IMG/VR virus record: IMGVR_UViG_3300035703_000089
Span: 1,168 to 65,167 of that record
DNA length: 64,000 nucleotides
Strand: one strand, 5' to 3'
From: a virus
Lineage: Duplodnaviria; Caudoviricetes
The notes below the pieces were generated by a model that had not been told where the DNA came from, made no database searches, and worked only from the letters and a program-made list of their open reading frames with translations. A program made the translations under genes and the position numbers. The first letter of the stretch is position 1, and each line of letters begins with the position of its first letter. Of the stretch, positions 1 through 9,491 are shown piece after piece.

Positions 1-267
1 AAGATTAACAATACTAACATTAAAATAGGCGATTTAAACGATAATCAGCTTAGCATCTCTAGAAATATACTTAACAGAAGATTAACGCTTAGCAATGAAG
101 AAAAACAACAATTAAAAGCATTAAATTATGTAATTGATTACAGATCTAAATGTGCTGAAATTAAAATGCAAAACAACCTCTCTGATTCATATAATAAAAG
201 ATTAGTTACTAGAGCTAGTAAAAAAGCTGATATTATTATGGATTGGATACAAAAATCATACAAATGA
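1..267 (+). CDS. hypothetical protein, 5'-truncated by the window edge
   Basis: Frame 1 is open from base 1 to TGA at 265-267, overlapping the next ATG (ATGA). Confidence 0.7.
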   Translation, partial: KINNTNIKIGDLNDNQLSISRNILNRRLTLSNEEKQQLKALNYVIDYRSKCAEIKMQNNLSDSYNKRLVTRASKKADIIMDWIQKSYK

Positions 268-512
268 AAAAATTAATAAACACACTAAAATGGTTAATAT
301 ACCATAAAACAGATGTATATGTAATGGATGAAATACATTACTCAGATTTACATTATTCATTATTCTTTCTGCATAGAGTAGATAGATTATTTGGGTTTAA
401 AATACACAGATGTGTTGATAAAGCTACATCATTATATCCATCAAACATTAAACCTGCACAATGGATATATAGTTATTTCAATTTAAAAACAAATAAAGTA
501 ATACTAAAATGA
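264..512 (+). CDS. hypothetical protein
   Basis: Tracked ORF 243..512; ATG at 264, coupled to the upstream stop, is the more likely start. Confidence 0.7.
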   Translation: MKKLINTLKWLIYHKTDVYVMDEIHYSDLHYSLFFLHRVDRLFGFKIHRCVDKATSLYPSNIKPAQWIYSYFNLKTNKVILK

Positions 513-757
513 TAAATAAAAAACTTACTAAAGCGGATGCTATTAAGATGAGAAATGCTTATCAAGAAAAGCTACAAGAATATGATAAGATGAGTTTAGA
601 AGAACTTAAAGCACTATTTAACTCTAAAAGGTTAGGTGGTGCTTATAAAGCTGCATTGATTGAAGTAGTTAAATACAAATTACAACAAGAAATGGTTGCT
701 AAAGCAAAGGAAATTGAAAAGAATAATGAATCACAAACTAAAATAGAAGAAGAATAA
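509..757 (+). CDS. hypothetical protein
   Basis: Translationally coupled ORF, 82 aa. Confidence 0.75.
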   Translation: MINKKLTKADAIKMRNAYQEKLQEYDKMSLEELKALFNSKRLGGAYKAALIEVVKYKLQQEMVAKAKEIEKNNESQTKIEEE

Positions 758-978
758 TGAAAGTAGTAATGGAATTTAACTTACCTGAAGAACAGGAAGA
801 ACTTGAAAATGCACAAAATGGTTATAAATGGGCTACAGCAGCTAAAGAATTTGACCAAGCATTAAGGAATACAATTAAATATGAACCTGCAGATTTTAAA
901 GGTGATATAAACACTTTACAAAACATAAGGGATAAGTTTAATGAAATATTAAGTAGTTACAATTTAAGAGTATACTAA
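757..978 (+). CDS. small phage protein (MKVVMEFNLPEE type)
   Basis: Coupled ORF; the N-terminal EFNLPEE motif resembles a common small phage protein family. Confidence 0.75.
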   Translation: MKVVMEFNLPEEQEELENAQNGYKWATAAKEFDQALRNTIKYEPADFKGDINTLQNIRDKFNEILSSYNLRVY

Positions 979-1079
979 TGAAAAAAGAAGATATAATAGT
1001 AAAAGTTGCTGAAACAATAGCTGTTTTAAGCATTGGAATAATAATAGGTATAATAATAGCTTATAATTATCAGAATTAA
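978..1079 (+). CDS. 33-aa single-pass membrane peptide
   Basis: Not in the ORF track. MKKEDIIVKVAETIAVLSIGIIIGIIIAYNYQN; TAATG overlap; fills the gap exactly. Confidence 0.6.
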   Translation: MKKEDIIVKVAETIAVLSIGIIIGIIIAYNYQN

Positions 1080-1081
1080 TT

Positions 1082-1246
1082 ATGGATATAACAATGTGTG
1101 TAGGGTTAAATTGCCCATTAAGAGATAATTGCTTAAGATATAAAGTTGAATCAACTGAATTATATCAAGCTTATTTCTCAGAATCACCTATTAAAAATGG
1201 TGAATGTGAATATTTTATAGATTATAGTCAATACAAATTACTGTAA
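1082..1246 (+). CDS. 54-aa Cys-rich small phage protein
   Basis: Not in the ORF track. MDITMCVGLNCPLRDNCLRY...CEYF, four Cys; abuts the next gene. Confidence 0.7.
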   Translation: MDITMCVGLNCPLRDNCLRYKVESTELYQAYFSESPIKNGECEYFIDYSQYKLL

Positions 1247-1630
1247 ATGAAAGGTATATTAAGTAAAACAAGCCAAGGATGGATTGTAAAATACAAATAT
1301 AATCACTTAGATAAAGGGTATTTCACTAAAGAATTGCAAATTCACCCTGATGATGCAAAAAATTTAGATGAAATACCTAATGCTTATGAAGTACTTAATA
1401 ACAATGAGATTGAATTTGATATTACAGAAGTTATACTAAGTACTAATGATAACAAAGTAATATTAAATGATTTTGCTAGGATAAAATCACCAACAATAAA
1501 CAAGGTTGATACTGCTAAAACATCTTGGGATACTGTATGGAAAGATTTTAGAGTTAAGAAAAACGCATCTTATTCTTGGGCATTACTTGAGTATTTAAGA
1601 GATAATTATAATCCACCAACTAAAAAATAA
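1247..1630 (+). CDS. hypothetical protein
   Basis: ORF in tightly packed operon. Confidence 0.75.
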   Translation: MKGILSKTSQGWIVKYKYNHLDKGYFTKELQIHPDDAKNLDEIPNAYEVLNNNEIEFDITEVILSTNDNKVILNDFARIKSPTINKVDTAKTSWDTVWKDFRVKKNASYSWALLEYLRDNYNPPTKK

Positions 1631-1631
1631 T

Positions 1632-2486
1632 ATGATTAAGTTAATAAATAGAAGGTCTATGATTATAAGGCCTAGTGGTCGTAGTACAGATTATATTAGT
1701 CCAAGCTTTGGTCATGGCTGTTTATATAACTGTTCATATTGTTACATGAAACGTCATAAGCCTGAAGGTTTAGATATAGCTATGAATCCACATGATATAC
1801 TAACAGCAGTAAACAATCATTGTGCATTTGCAGATGTAGATAAGCCTAATCAAACTCATGCAGAATATATTACTTATGATATATCATGTAATGAAGATTT
1901 TGCATTGCATGCTAAATATCATGATTGGGAAACAATATTTGACTTCTTCAAGAATCATCCTAAAGCTATGGGTTCATTTGCAACTAAATATGTAAATGAA
2001 AAGCTATTAAGCTACAATTCTAATGGCAAAATAAGAATTAGATTTAGTTTAATGCCACAGATATATGCAAACCTATTAGAGCCTAATACAAGCTCTATAA
2101 GTGATAGAATAGAAGCAATTGATAAGTTTATTGACGCAGGATATGATGTACACATAAACTTTAGTCCTGTAATAGTATTTAATGACTGGTTACAACATTA
2201 TGAAGAACTATTTGATTTAGTAAATCACCATGTAAAACATAAAGAGTTAGTTAAAGCTGAAGTAATATTTCTTACTCATAACGAGAATAAGCATAAGTAT
2301 AATTTAATTAAAAACTTACAAGGCGAATTCTTATTATGGAATAAAGATATACAAGAGAATAAAACATCTCAATATGGTGGTAATAATGTTAGGTATAAAC
2401 ATGATTTAAAGAATAAATACATTGAAGAATGGACTAAGTTACATGATAGCATTATACCTTGGAATACAATAAGATATATATTTTAA
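1632..2486 (+). CDS. splB: spore photoproduct lyase-like radical SAM protein
   Basis: GCLYNCSYCY (CxxxCxxC), SCNEDF, ATK, RIRFSL and NFSPVI motifs typical of the SPL family. Confidence 0.8.
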   Translation: MIKLINRRSMIIRPSGRSTDYISPSFGHGCLYNCSYCYMKRHKPEGLDIAMNPHDILTAVNNHCAFADVDKPNQTHAEYITYDISCNEDFALHAKYHDWETIFDFFKNHPKAMGSFATKYVNEKLLSYNSNGKIRIRFSLMPQIYANLLEPNTSSISDRIEAIDKFIDAGYDVHINFSPVIVFNDWLQHYEELFDLVNHHVKHKELVKAEVIFLTHNENKHKYNLIKNLQGEFLLWNKDIQENKTSQYGGNNVRYKHDLKNKYIEEWTKLHDSIIPWNTIRYIF

Positions 2487-2487
2487 T

Positions 2488-2790
2488 ATGAAAACAACAT
2501 TAGATTATGATGACAATAGAGATTTAAACAAATATAAGTTAGTACGTGAACGTGATAATTTAACTAAATACTCACAAAGTATTTTATGGATTGAATACAA
2601 AGAAAATGGTTATTTTAAATCAAAACATAAGATTATAAAGGTTGGTAGGTCATTATTAATGTCGCCATTTAATATGTTTTATACATGGCAAACAACACCT
2701 GTAACTAAAATTATTAAAAAGAAAAAAGATTACATTAAGTTTGAAACAGAAAATAGTGTTTATGAACTTTATAAATTAAATGATAAATAA
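2488..2790 (+). CDS. hypothetical phage protein
   Basis: ORF with WQTT and FETENSVYEL motifs. Confidence 0.7.
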   Translation: MKTTLDYDDNRDLNKYKLVRERDNLTKYSQSILWIEYKENGYFKSKHKIIKVGRSLLMSPFNMFYTWQTTPVTKIIKKKKDYIKFETENSVYELYKLNDK

Positions 2791-2792
2791 TT

Positions 2793-3023
2793 ATGACACC
2801 AAAAGAAAAGGCTAAAGAATTAGTTGAAAAGTTTTATGGATTACCAACAGGTAACACTAATCGTTGTGTTGATTGGTTAACAGCTACAGAAAGTGCTTTA
2901 GTAACAATTGATGCAATGTTACAAATACAATCTATTACAATGTATCCTGTTATTGAAGATAATATGATATATGGGCATAAAGATTATTGGAATAAAGTTA
3001 AACAAGAAATAAATAGTTTATAA
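2793..3023 (+). CDS. small phage protein (MTPKEKAKEL type)
   Basis: MTPKEKAKELV...YWNKVKQEI, a pattern recalled from Bacteroidota phages. Confidence 0.75.
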   Translation: MTPKEKAKELVEKFYGLPTGNTNRCVDWLTATESALVTIDAMLQIQSITMYPVIEDNMIYGHKDYWNKVKQEINSL

Positions 3024-3697
3024 TGAAAATATGGCACATAAGTGATACGCATACATATCACGGATTATTAGATATACCTGATAATATAGATATAGTAATA
3101 TTTAGTGGTGATTGTAGTAATCCTAGAGATCCATACTTAAATAAACCAGAAGTAGAAAATTTTTTAGCTTGGTATGAATCATTACCTATTAAATACAAAA
3201 TATTTGTTGCTGGAAACCACGACACTTCAATTGAAAAAGGTTTTATTAATAAATTAGATTTTGCATCAAAAGGTATTATTTATTTAGAAAATAATTATAC
3301 TGAAATTGAAGGATTAAAAATATGGGGATCACCAATAACTCCTACATTTGGTGATTGGGCATTTATGAAAGCTAGACATAAAACACATGAATTATGGCAA
3401 CAAATACCTAATAATACGGATATAATAATAATTCATGGGCCACCAGCAAATGTACTTGACTTATCATATAATAGATTAAATCAATTAGAATTTTGTGGTG
3501 ATAAAGCATTAAAAAAAAGGCTAATTGATATTAACCCTAAATTAGTTTGTTTTGGTCATATACATAATTGTGATGATATTATAAATGCAGGAACTATGAA
3601 GCTATCAATCAGAGATACTATCTATAGTAATGGTAGTGTTGTAACTGATGGTAAATTTGGTAAACTAAGTAGTAATGGTAATATATTTGAAATATGA
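3023..3697 (+). CDS. calcineurin-like metallophosphoesterase
   Basis: SDTH, GD, GNHD, HGPP and FGHIH motifs. Confidence 0.9.
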   Translation: MKIWHISDTHTYHGLLDIPDNIDIVIFSGDCSNPRDPYLNKPEVENFLAWYESLPIKYKIFVAGNHDTSIEKGFINKLDFASKGIIYLENNYTEIEGLKIWGSPITPTFGDWAFMKARHKTHELWQQIPNNTDIIIIHGPPANVLDLSYNRLNQLEFCGDKALKKRLIDINPKLVCFGHIHNCDDIINAGTMKLSIRDTIYSNGSVVTDGKFGKLSSNGNIFEI

Positions 3698-4005
3698 AAC
3701 TAATAAAACTAAAAGATGACCACTATGTAGTGGTAACAGATAAACCAATAAAATGGAAAGATTACTTTTTAAATACTATACAAAAAGAAGTTTATTGTCA
3801 TGATATAGAAAATTATGATGTCAATAAATATTATCTTAAAAAAATCACCCACTCAACACAACCTATGCCTCATGGATTAGTAAGAGAAAGTCAAATAACA
3901 GGTGTTACAGCTATATCTCTCAAAAAAGTAAAAGAACTAATAGGTGATGTGGATAAAACAGAGTGGGAAGTAGAGATAGTAGATGGTAAACTTAAATTAA
4001 AATAA
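3694..4005 (+). CDS. hypothetical protein
   Basis: Coupled ORF. Confidence 0.7.
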   Translation: MKLIKLKDDHYVVVTDKPIKWKDYFLNTIQKEVYCHDIENYDVNKYYLKKITHSTQPMPHGLVRESQITGVTAISLKKVKELIGDVDKTEWEVEIVDGKLKLK

Positions 4006-4006
4006 A

Positions 4007-4366
4007 ATGAAAAAAATATTAATAATATTATTATTAGCAATTTGTTTTAAGTCAAATGCTAAATTTATACAAACAGTAGAATTAAAATATGAGAAAAAAG
4101 ATGGTTGGTCTAAGTATTATACAGTAGATGCTACATTTATGACAGGATTTGAACTTAACAGAGCAACAAATACTTATGATTATAATTCATATTTAACATA
4201 TTGCATTGTTTGGTGGGGAAATGGTCAATGTAGCTTAATAGCATTAAACTATATATCTTGTGGATACGAAGCATTACCGTCCTGTTTATCATATTATTAC
4301 TCAGTTGATGGTAAAGATCAAGATGATAATAAGTGGAATATATGCTTAACATATACTTGTTATTAA
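4007..4366 (+). CDS. putative exported protein
   Basis: Signal-peptide-like N-terminus MKKILIILLLAICFKSNA; several Cys. Confidence 0.65.
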   Translation: MKKILIILLLAICFKSNAKFIQTVELKYEKKDGWSKYYTVDATFMTGFELNRATNTYDYNSYLTYCIVWWGNGQCSLIALNYISCGYEALPSCLSYYYSVDGKDQDDNKWNICLTYTCY

Positions 4367-4369
4367 TTA

Positions 4370-4753
4370 ATGGCTAAAGTAAAAGTAAATAAATTTAATA
4401 CGTGTTATTGGCTTTTAAAGAAAAATGAAATAAATGAGTATACACAGGTTAATAACAATAACCGTAAAGATATAATATTAATTGGTAGGATATTATATAT
4501 AATAGCAAGGACTGGCTCAAATTATCTTTATAGGGGTTCAATAGTTATAAACCCATGCTTTGAAAAAGGTTATTATAAATATCCTTTAATGCCATGGCAA
4601 TGGACTAATGTAACTCATTTTAAAATTAATTTAGATAAAACAGATAAAGATGATTGGGCTAGAAGTTATAAAACATTAATAGATGGATTTATTGATGAAA
4701 AAGCTTTGTATTATAAAAAAGATGATCCAATTTTAGAATTTATAAAAGAATAA
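4370..4753 (+). CDS. hypothetical protein
   Basis: ORF in operon. Confidence 0.7.
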   Translation: MAKVKVNKFNTCYWLLKKNEINEYTQVNNNNRKDIILIGRILYIIARTGSNYLYRGSIVINPCFEKGYYKYPLMPWQWTNVTHFKINLDKTDKDDWARSYKTLIDGFIDEKALYYKKDDPILEFIKE

Positions 4754-4754
4754 T

Positions 4755-5618
4755 ATGCCTAATGATAGTGAATGGTTTAATAGTATTTTAGATACTTATA
4801 CACAGTATTTAAGATTTACTAGTGATGGCAGAGTTACTTATAATACGCCATCAGATAGTATACCACAGCCAGAAATACAATATGTAAAAAAATATAATAA
4901 AGAATTAAGTAAAAGTATAAACAAAATGATTCATGATGAAATAGATAAAGCGTTTGAGTTTAAAAACAAAATAATAGATTCCAAAGATTTAGCTTATACA
5001 GTTAGACATGGTAAACTTATAATATATAGGTTAAATAGAAAAACAAATAAAAGTATAGGTTTATTTAAAACAGATAATAGTTATAAGTTAGAAAAAATAC
5101 CAGATGTATCTACATATAGAGCTTATAATATAGGAATTCCTGAAAGGAATATATTAAGAACATTTTGTGATGTAAAAATTAAATCTTTTCAAGAATCTGC
5201 AGATCTATTTGGTTATAAGCCAACTAAAGAATTTATGATGAAATCAGGTCAACAGTTTGAAATAAGTAACATGATTCTTGATTATACTTGTAAAAAAGAT
5301 GGTATAATTAGAAACGTTGTTGAAGTTATATTCAAAGATAAAGCACTAAAGTTTCTTCCTGAAGATTTAGAATTTATATATCCAGATTTAGAACTATTAA
5401 GAAAAGGTTATACTGAACCTTTAGATAGAAAAATTAAGAAAGGTTCTAATGTTAAAGTAGTTGACGATAGAGGTATTCCATTTAAAAAGAATACTAGGTT
5501 AAAAGTTAACACTGTTATAACAGTAGGTCATTCAAGTTTTGGTAGAAAATATTGTAGTATTTTAAATGATTATAAAGAATATTTAATACCAACTAAAAAG
5601 TTAAAAGTTGTAGCATGA
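4755..5618 (+). CDS. hypothetical protein, possible C-terminal SH3/KOW-like barrel
   Basis: ORF coupled to the ATP-grasp gene; IKKGSNVKVV-type segment. Confidence 0.7.
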   Translation: MPNDSEWFNSILDTYTQYLRFTSDGRVTYNTPSDSIPQPEIQYVKKYNKELSKSINKMIHDEIDKAFEFKNKIIDSKDLAYTVRHGKLIIYRLNRKTNKSIGLFKTDNSYKLEKIPDVSTYRAYNIGIPERNILRTFCDVKIKSFQESADLFGYKPTKEFMMKSGQQFEISNMILDYTCKKDGIIRNVVEVIFKDKALKFLPEDLEFIYPDLELLRKGYTEPLDRKIKKGSNVKVVDDRGIPFKKNTRLKVNTVITVGHSSFGRKYCSILNDYKEYLIPTKKLKVVA

Positions 5619-6415
5619 TTAAAAAAAAAGTAAAAAATAAATTAGGTTATAGACCTTTATTATTAAGTAGGCATCCAAGCCATCAAATATTACGTACTAC
5701 GCTTGATAGGAATCCTTTTAGGGCAGTTATTAGGTTAGGTAGTACTACAATACCAAATGATGGTAAAGAACGCTTAGAAATCAATACTGCAGGTGCTATA
5801 CGTAATAGTGCTGATAAGTTACTTATGAAAGAATGTTTTGATGAAGCAGGAGTTAAAACAGCTAAATGGTGGCGTGCTGAATGTTTACCTGAAATAGAGG
5901 ATAGTTCATTTCCTATTATAGCTAAGCATAGGTTTGGTAGCCGTAATTCAGGTAATACTTTGTTACATAACAGAGAAGAACTTAATGATTGGCTTACAGG
6001 TAAAACAAAATCAAACTATATATTTGAGAAATTCTATACTTATTCTAAAGAATATAGGATTCACGTAACAAATGATGGTTGTTTTTATACTTGTAGGAAA
6101 CTATTAAGAAATGATACGCCTAATGATGAACAATGGCATCGTCATGATGATAATTCAGTATGGATAGTAGAAGATAATCCTAAGTTTAAAAAACCAAGTA
6201 ATTGGGATTCAATTGTAGAAGATTGTATTAATGCTAAAAAAGCATTAGGACTAGATATTTGTGCATTTGATGTTAAAACACAGGGTAGTAGTAAAGAAAA
6301 GCCTAAATGGATTATTATTGAGTCATGCAGTGCACCAAGTTTTGGTGAAATAACAACACAAAAGTATATTAAAGAGTTAAATAAATTAATTAAAAATAAA
6401 TATTATGGAATTTGA
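5615..6415 (+). CDS. ATP-grasp peptide ligase (RimK/glutathione synthetase-like)
   Basis: ADKLLMK, FPIIAK, KEYRIHV, LGLDICAFDV and IIESCSAPS motifs. Confidence 0.88.
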   Translation: MIKKKVKNKLGYRPLLLSRHPSHQILRTTLDRNPFRAVIRLGSTTIPNDGKERLEINTAGAIRNSADKLLMKECFDEAGVKTAKWWRAECLPEIEDSSFPIIAKHRFGSRNSGNTLLHNREELNDWLTGKTKSNYIFEKFYTYSKEYRIHVTNDGCFYTCRKLLRNDTPNDEQWHRHDDNSVWIVEDNPKFKKPSNWDSIVEDCINAKKALGLDICAFDVKTQGSSKEKPKWIIIESCSAPSFGEITTQKYIKELNKLIKNKYYGI

Positions 6416-7073
6416 ATTATCTGAAACTCCAGTTGAAGCAATAGTTAAACCTAAAAGAAAATATGTTAAAAAAAGTAATGGTATTGATCCTTTAACTAGA
6501 GATCAGTTTGAAAAGGCTAAAGATATTCTTAAAAGAAAATTGCAAATGATGTGTACTATGAGTAGTTACAGATCTGATGGTAACGCAAATAAATATGTAG
6601 AAGCCTATATTGACAATGTAATTAACTTTTTACGTGGTGATTTTAAAATGAAATCTAATGTAAAAAACTTACATGATTCAGCACATTATGTTTCTTATAG
6701 AATAAACATATTTGATTATAATTTAGACTTATCAAGAAGTTATCATACAGCAAATGTTTCATTTAAAATGGAAGAATTGCATTCAAATTGTTCAAGCATA
6801 GGTATTCATCATTTTGATGGTAATTTTGCACCTAATCCTGGTATGTATGGTAATCAAGAAGCTATATTTAATTCATCAGATAAATTTAAATTGTTTTTAG
6901 TTGAAATGGAAGAATTAGCTAGAATATTTGGTTATAGCAATATACTTTATACTATTAGCAATGAATCAGATAAAGTTTTTGCAGAATATGTTAAAGCTAC
7001 TGCAACACAAATAGATATTTTTACAAATAAAAGAAGTCAAAGAGTTATTAGTTATTACAGCAAAAGAATATAA
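6405..7073 (+). CDS. hypothetical protein with possible GNAT-like C-terminal fold
   Basis: FLVEMEELARIFGYSNILYT resembles the GNAT helix-strand motif. Confidence 0.5.
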   Translation: MEFELSETPVEAIVKPKRKYVKKSNGIDPLTRDQFEKAKDILKRKLQMMCTMSSYRSDGNANKYVEAYIDNVINFLRGDFKMKSNVKNLHDSAHYVSYRINIFDYNLDLSRSYHTANVSFKMEELHSNCSSIGIHHFDGNFAPNPGMYGNQEAIFNSSDKFKLFLVEMEELARIFGYSNILYTISNESDKVFAEYVKATATQIDIFTNKRSQRVISYYSKRI

Positions 7074-7076
7074 ATT

Positions 7077-7880
7077 ATGAAAGTAAATAAAGTTTTAATA
7101 GGTTGTGATCCTGAAGGTTTTCTGTTTGATCCAATAAGAAATAAATATGTGCCAGTATGTGGCTTAATAGGTGGTACTAAAGATGAACCAATTCCTATTA
7201 CTGATAATGGACATAGTCTACAAGAAGATAATGTAATGGTTGAGTATACTATACCACCATCAGCAACTGTAGAAGAGTTTAAAGATAATATTAATTTTGT
7301 TAAAGATTATATTGCTGAAACTGTACTTAAACCTTTAAGTCTAGTACCTCATTATATTGCATCAGCAAGATTTGAGATTGATGATTTATTAGCACCACAA
7401 GCACAACATTTTGGTTGTAGTCCTGATTATAATGCTTATACATTTGAAGCTAATAGAGTTCAACGTGATGATTTTACACTTAGGACTAGCGGTGGCCATA
7501 TTCATATAGGCTATGATAATCCTAGTGCAGAAACTAATATTGAATTGATTAAAGCTATGGATTTATTCCTAGGCGTACCTTCAATACTATTAGATACTGA
7601 TACTGAACGTAGAAAAATGTATGGCAAAGCAGGCTGTTATAGGTTTAAGAAATATGGCTTAGAATATCGTGTATTATCAACATTCTGGACTGCAAATGAT
7701 GAATTGATTGAATGGGCATTTAATGCCGCTAAGCAAGCGATTGAATTTGTAAATAGTAATGGTATAATAACAAATGAAAACGATATTATTGATTGTATTA
7801 ATAATTCAAATAAAGATTTAGCTTTAGAGATTATTGAAGATTATAATATTAATGTAAATTTAGAAAAATTAATAATTTAA
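7077..7880 (+). CDS. phiEco32-like COOH-NH2 ligase type 2
   Basis: IGCDPE, GGTK, QEDNVMVE, FGCSPDYNAY, RTSGGHIHIG, RRKMYGKAG and GLEYRVLS motifs. Confidence 0.92.
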   Translation: MKVNKVLIGCDPEGFLFDPIRNKYVPVCGLIGGTKDEPIPITDNGHSLQEDNVMVEYTIPPSATVEEFKDNINFVKDYIAETVLKPLSLVPHYIASARFEIDDLLAPQAQHFGCSPDYNAYTFEANRVQRDDFTLRTSGGHIHIGYDNPSAETNIELIKAMDLFLGVPSILLDTDTERRKMYGKAGCYRFKKYGLEYRVLSTFWTANDELIEWAFNAAKQAIEFVNSNGIITNENDIIDCINNSNKDLALEIIEDYNINVNLEKLII

Positions 7881-7883
7881 AAT

Positions 7884-9491
7884 ATGTGTGGACTTTTTGG
7901 TTTTTCGGGTAAAACCCCATGTAACAAGAAATATATGCAGTTAGGTATTATCTGGAACTCATTAGAAAGAGGCGAAGATTCTACAGGTATATATAGTCCC
8001 ATTAATGGACTTAAAAAAAGTTTAACAAAGGGCAGTCATTATGTGTTACACAATGAAAATGATTTCAAAGTTGACAAAATAATGATTGCCCATGTTAGGG
8101 CTAAAACAGTTGGCTCTGCAACAGTTGAAAATGCACATCCATTTGAGCGAGGAAATTATATCCTTGCTCATAATGGTACTTTAACAAATCACAGAGATTT
8201 AATACATAAGTATGAATTAGATAGTTCATTGTATAATGTTGATAGTGACGTAATATGTGGCTGTATTGCAAAGAATAATAATTTTGATGTTATTAAAGAA
8301 ATTGCAGGTGCAGCAGCATTATTAATTCATGATAAAACTAATCCTGAGTTATTGTATGTGTTTAAAAATGATCAGCGACCATTATGGCGAGGTGTAGATG
8401 CTAAAGGTAATATGTATATCTCATCATTATGTGAGCCATTGTATTTTATGGAATTATTTAACGTAAAAGAATTTAAAAATGATGTTTTATATACTATAAA
8501 AGATGGTAATATTATTAAGTCTACTAAGATTAAAAATACACCATATACTAAGCCTTATGTACCAACTGTAAATCATAATAGCTATGATTATAATAATTAC
8601 AATAATAATAGTTATAACAACTATGGTAATTATAACAATATAAATAATCGTTTTAGCCTTTATGAAAATGATGGCACTTATACAAATGTTTGGCTAAGAT
8701 CTAAGTGGGAAATGAGTCACGTATCTCCTGAAAATAGTTATAGTCTAGTTAAAGATACATATTATCTTATATTAGGTAAATCTACTGATCAACACAGATT
8801 TAGGGTTATGTGTAATGGTGTTGAAAGATGCGTGCCTAAAGCCGCATTTGACTCTAGTGACTTATTACAACGTAATGATATATTAGTTTTACTTGAAGAT
8901 ATACCTGAAGGTAGAGGATCTTTTGCGGGTAAAAACGTAGGCTCTAAAGGTGATTTATTTAAAGTATCAACAGTTTATAATGATGCTGACGTAGGTATAT
9001 GCACTATAATAAATGAAGTTAGTCTTGGTTATATAGATAAAAAGTATGTTAGAAAATTATCAGAAAAGGAATTAGCTGATTATAGAATAGCATCTACAAT
9101 AAGTCATGTAACTAATATTAAGTATATTGAAGATATAAAGAATCCTGTTCAATTAGATTTATTTAATTCAGTACAAGATACTACTCCTTTAAATAGTGAG
9201 CCTAATAATGCAACTGACATAAATCAAAGTAATAATGATGAAGATTATGAAGCTGAAATGAACGCTTATAATAAGTCATATGATCCTATTGATATGGTAG
9301 AAGTTGATGCAGCTTATGTATCAGAATACTTTGATGAATCAGATAATTTACTAGAAGAAATAAATGAGCTTATGAGTAAAGATATGTATATAACACCTGA
9401 TTTAAGAGGTAAAGTACTTGAACTAATAGATTTAAATTTTGTAGCAAGATATCAAATTATTAACGAAGAAGTAATTAAAGATGCCCATTGA
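7884..9491 (+). CDS. class II (Ntn) glutamine amidotransferase with long C-terminal extension
   Basis: MCGLFG (Cys2), RGEDSTG, HVRAKT, NAHPF, AHNGT, VDSD and RPL motifs. Confidence 0.9.
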   Translation: MCGLFGFSGKTPCNKKYMQLGIIWNSLERGEDSTGIYSPINGLKKSLTKGSHYVLHNENDFKVDKIMIAHVRAKTVGSATVENAHPFERGNYILAHNGTLTNHRDLIHKYELDSSLYNVDSDVICGCIAKNNNFDVIKEIAGAAALLIHDKTNPELLYVFKNDQRPLWRGVDAKGNMYISSLCEPLYFMELFNVKEFKNDVLYTIKDGNIIKSTKIKNTPYTKPYVPTVNHNSYDYNNYNNNSYNNYGNYNNINNRFSLYENDGTYTNVWLRSKWEMSHVSPENSYSLVKDTYYLILGKSTDQHRFRVMCNGVERCVPKAAFDSSDLLQRNDILVLLEDIPEGRGSFAGKNVGSKGDLFKVSTVYNDADVGICTIINEVSLGYIDKKYVRKLSEKELADYRIASTISHVTNIKYIEDIKNPVQLDLFNSVQDTTPLNSEPNNATDINQSNNDEDYEAEMNAYNKSYDPIDMVEVDAAYVSEYFDESDNLLEEINELMSKDMYITPDLRGKVLELIDLNFVARYQIINEEVIKDAH

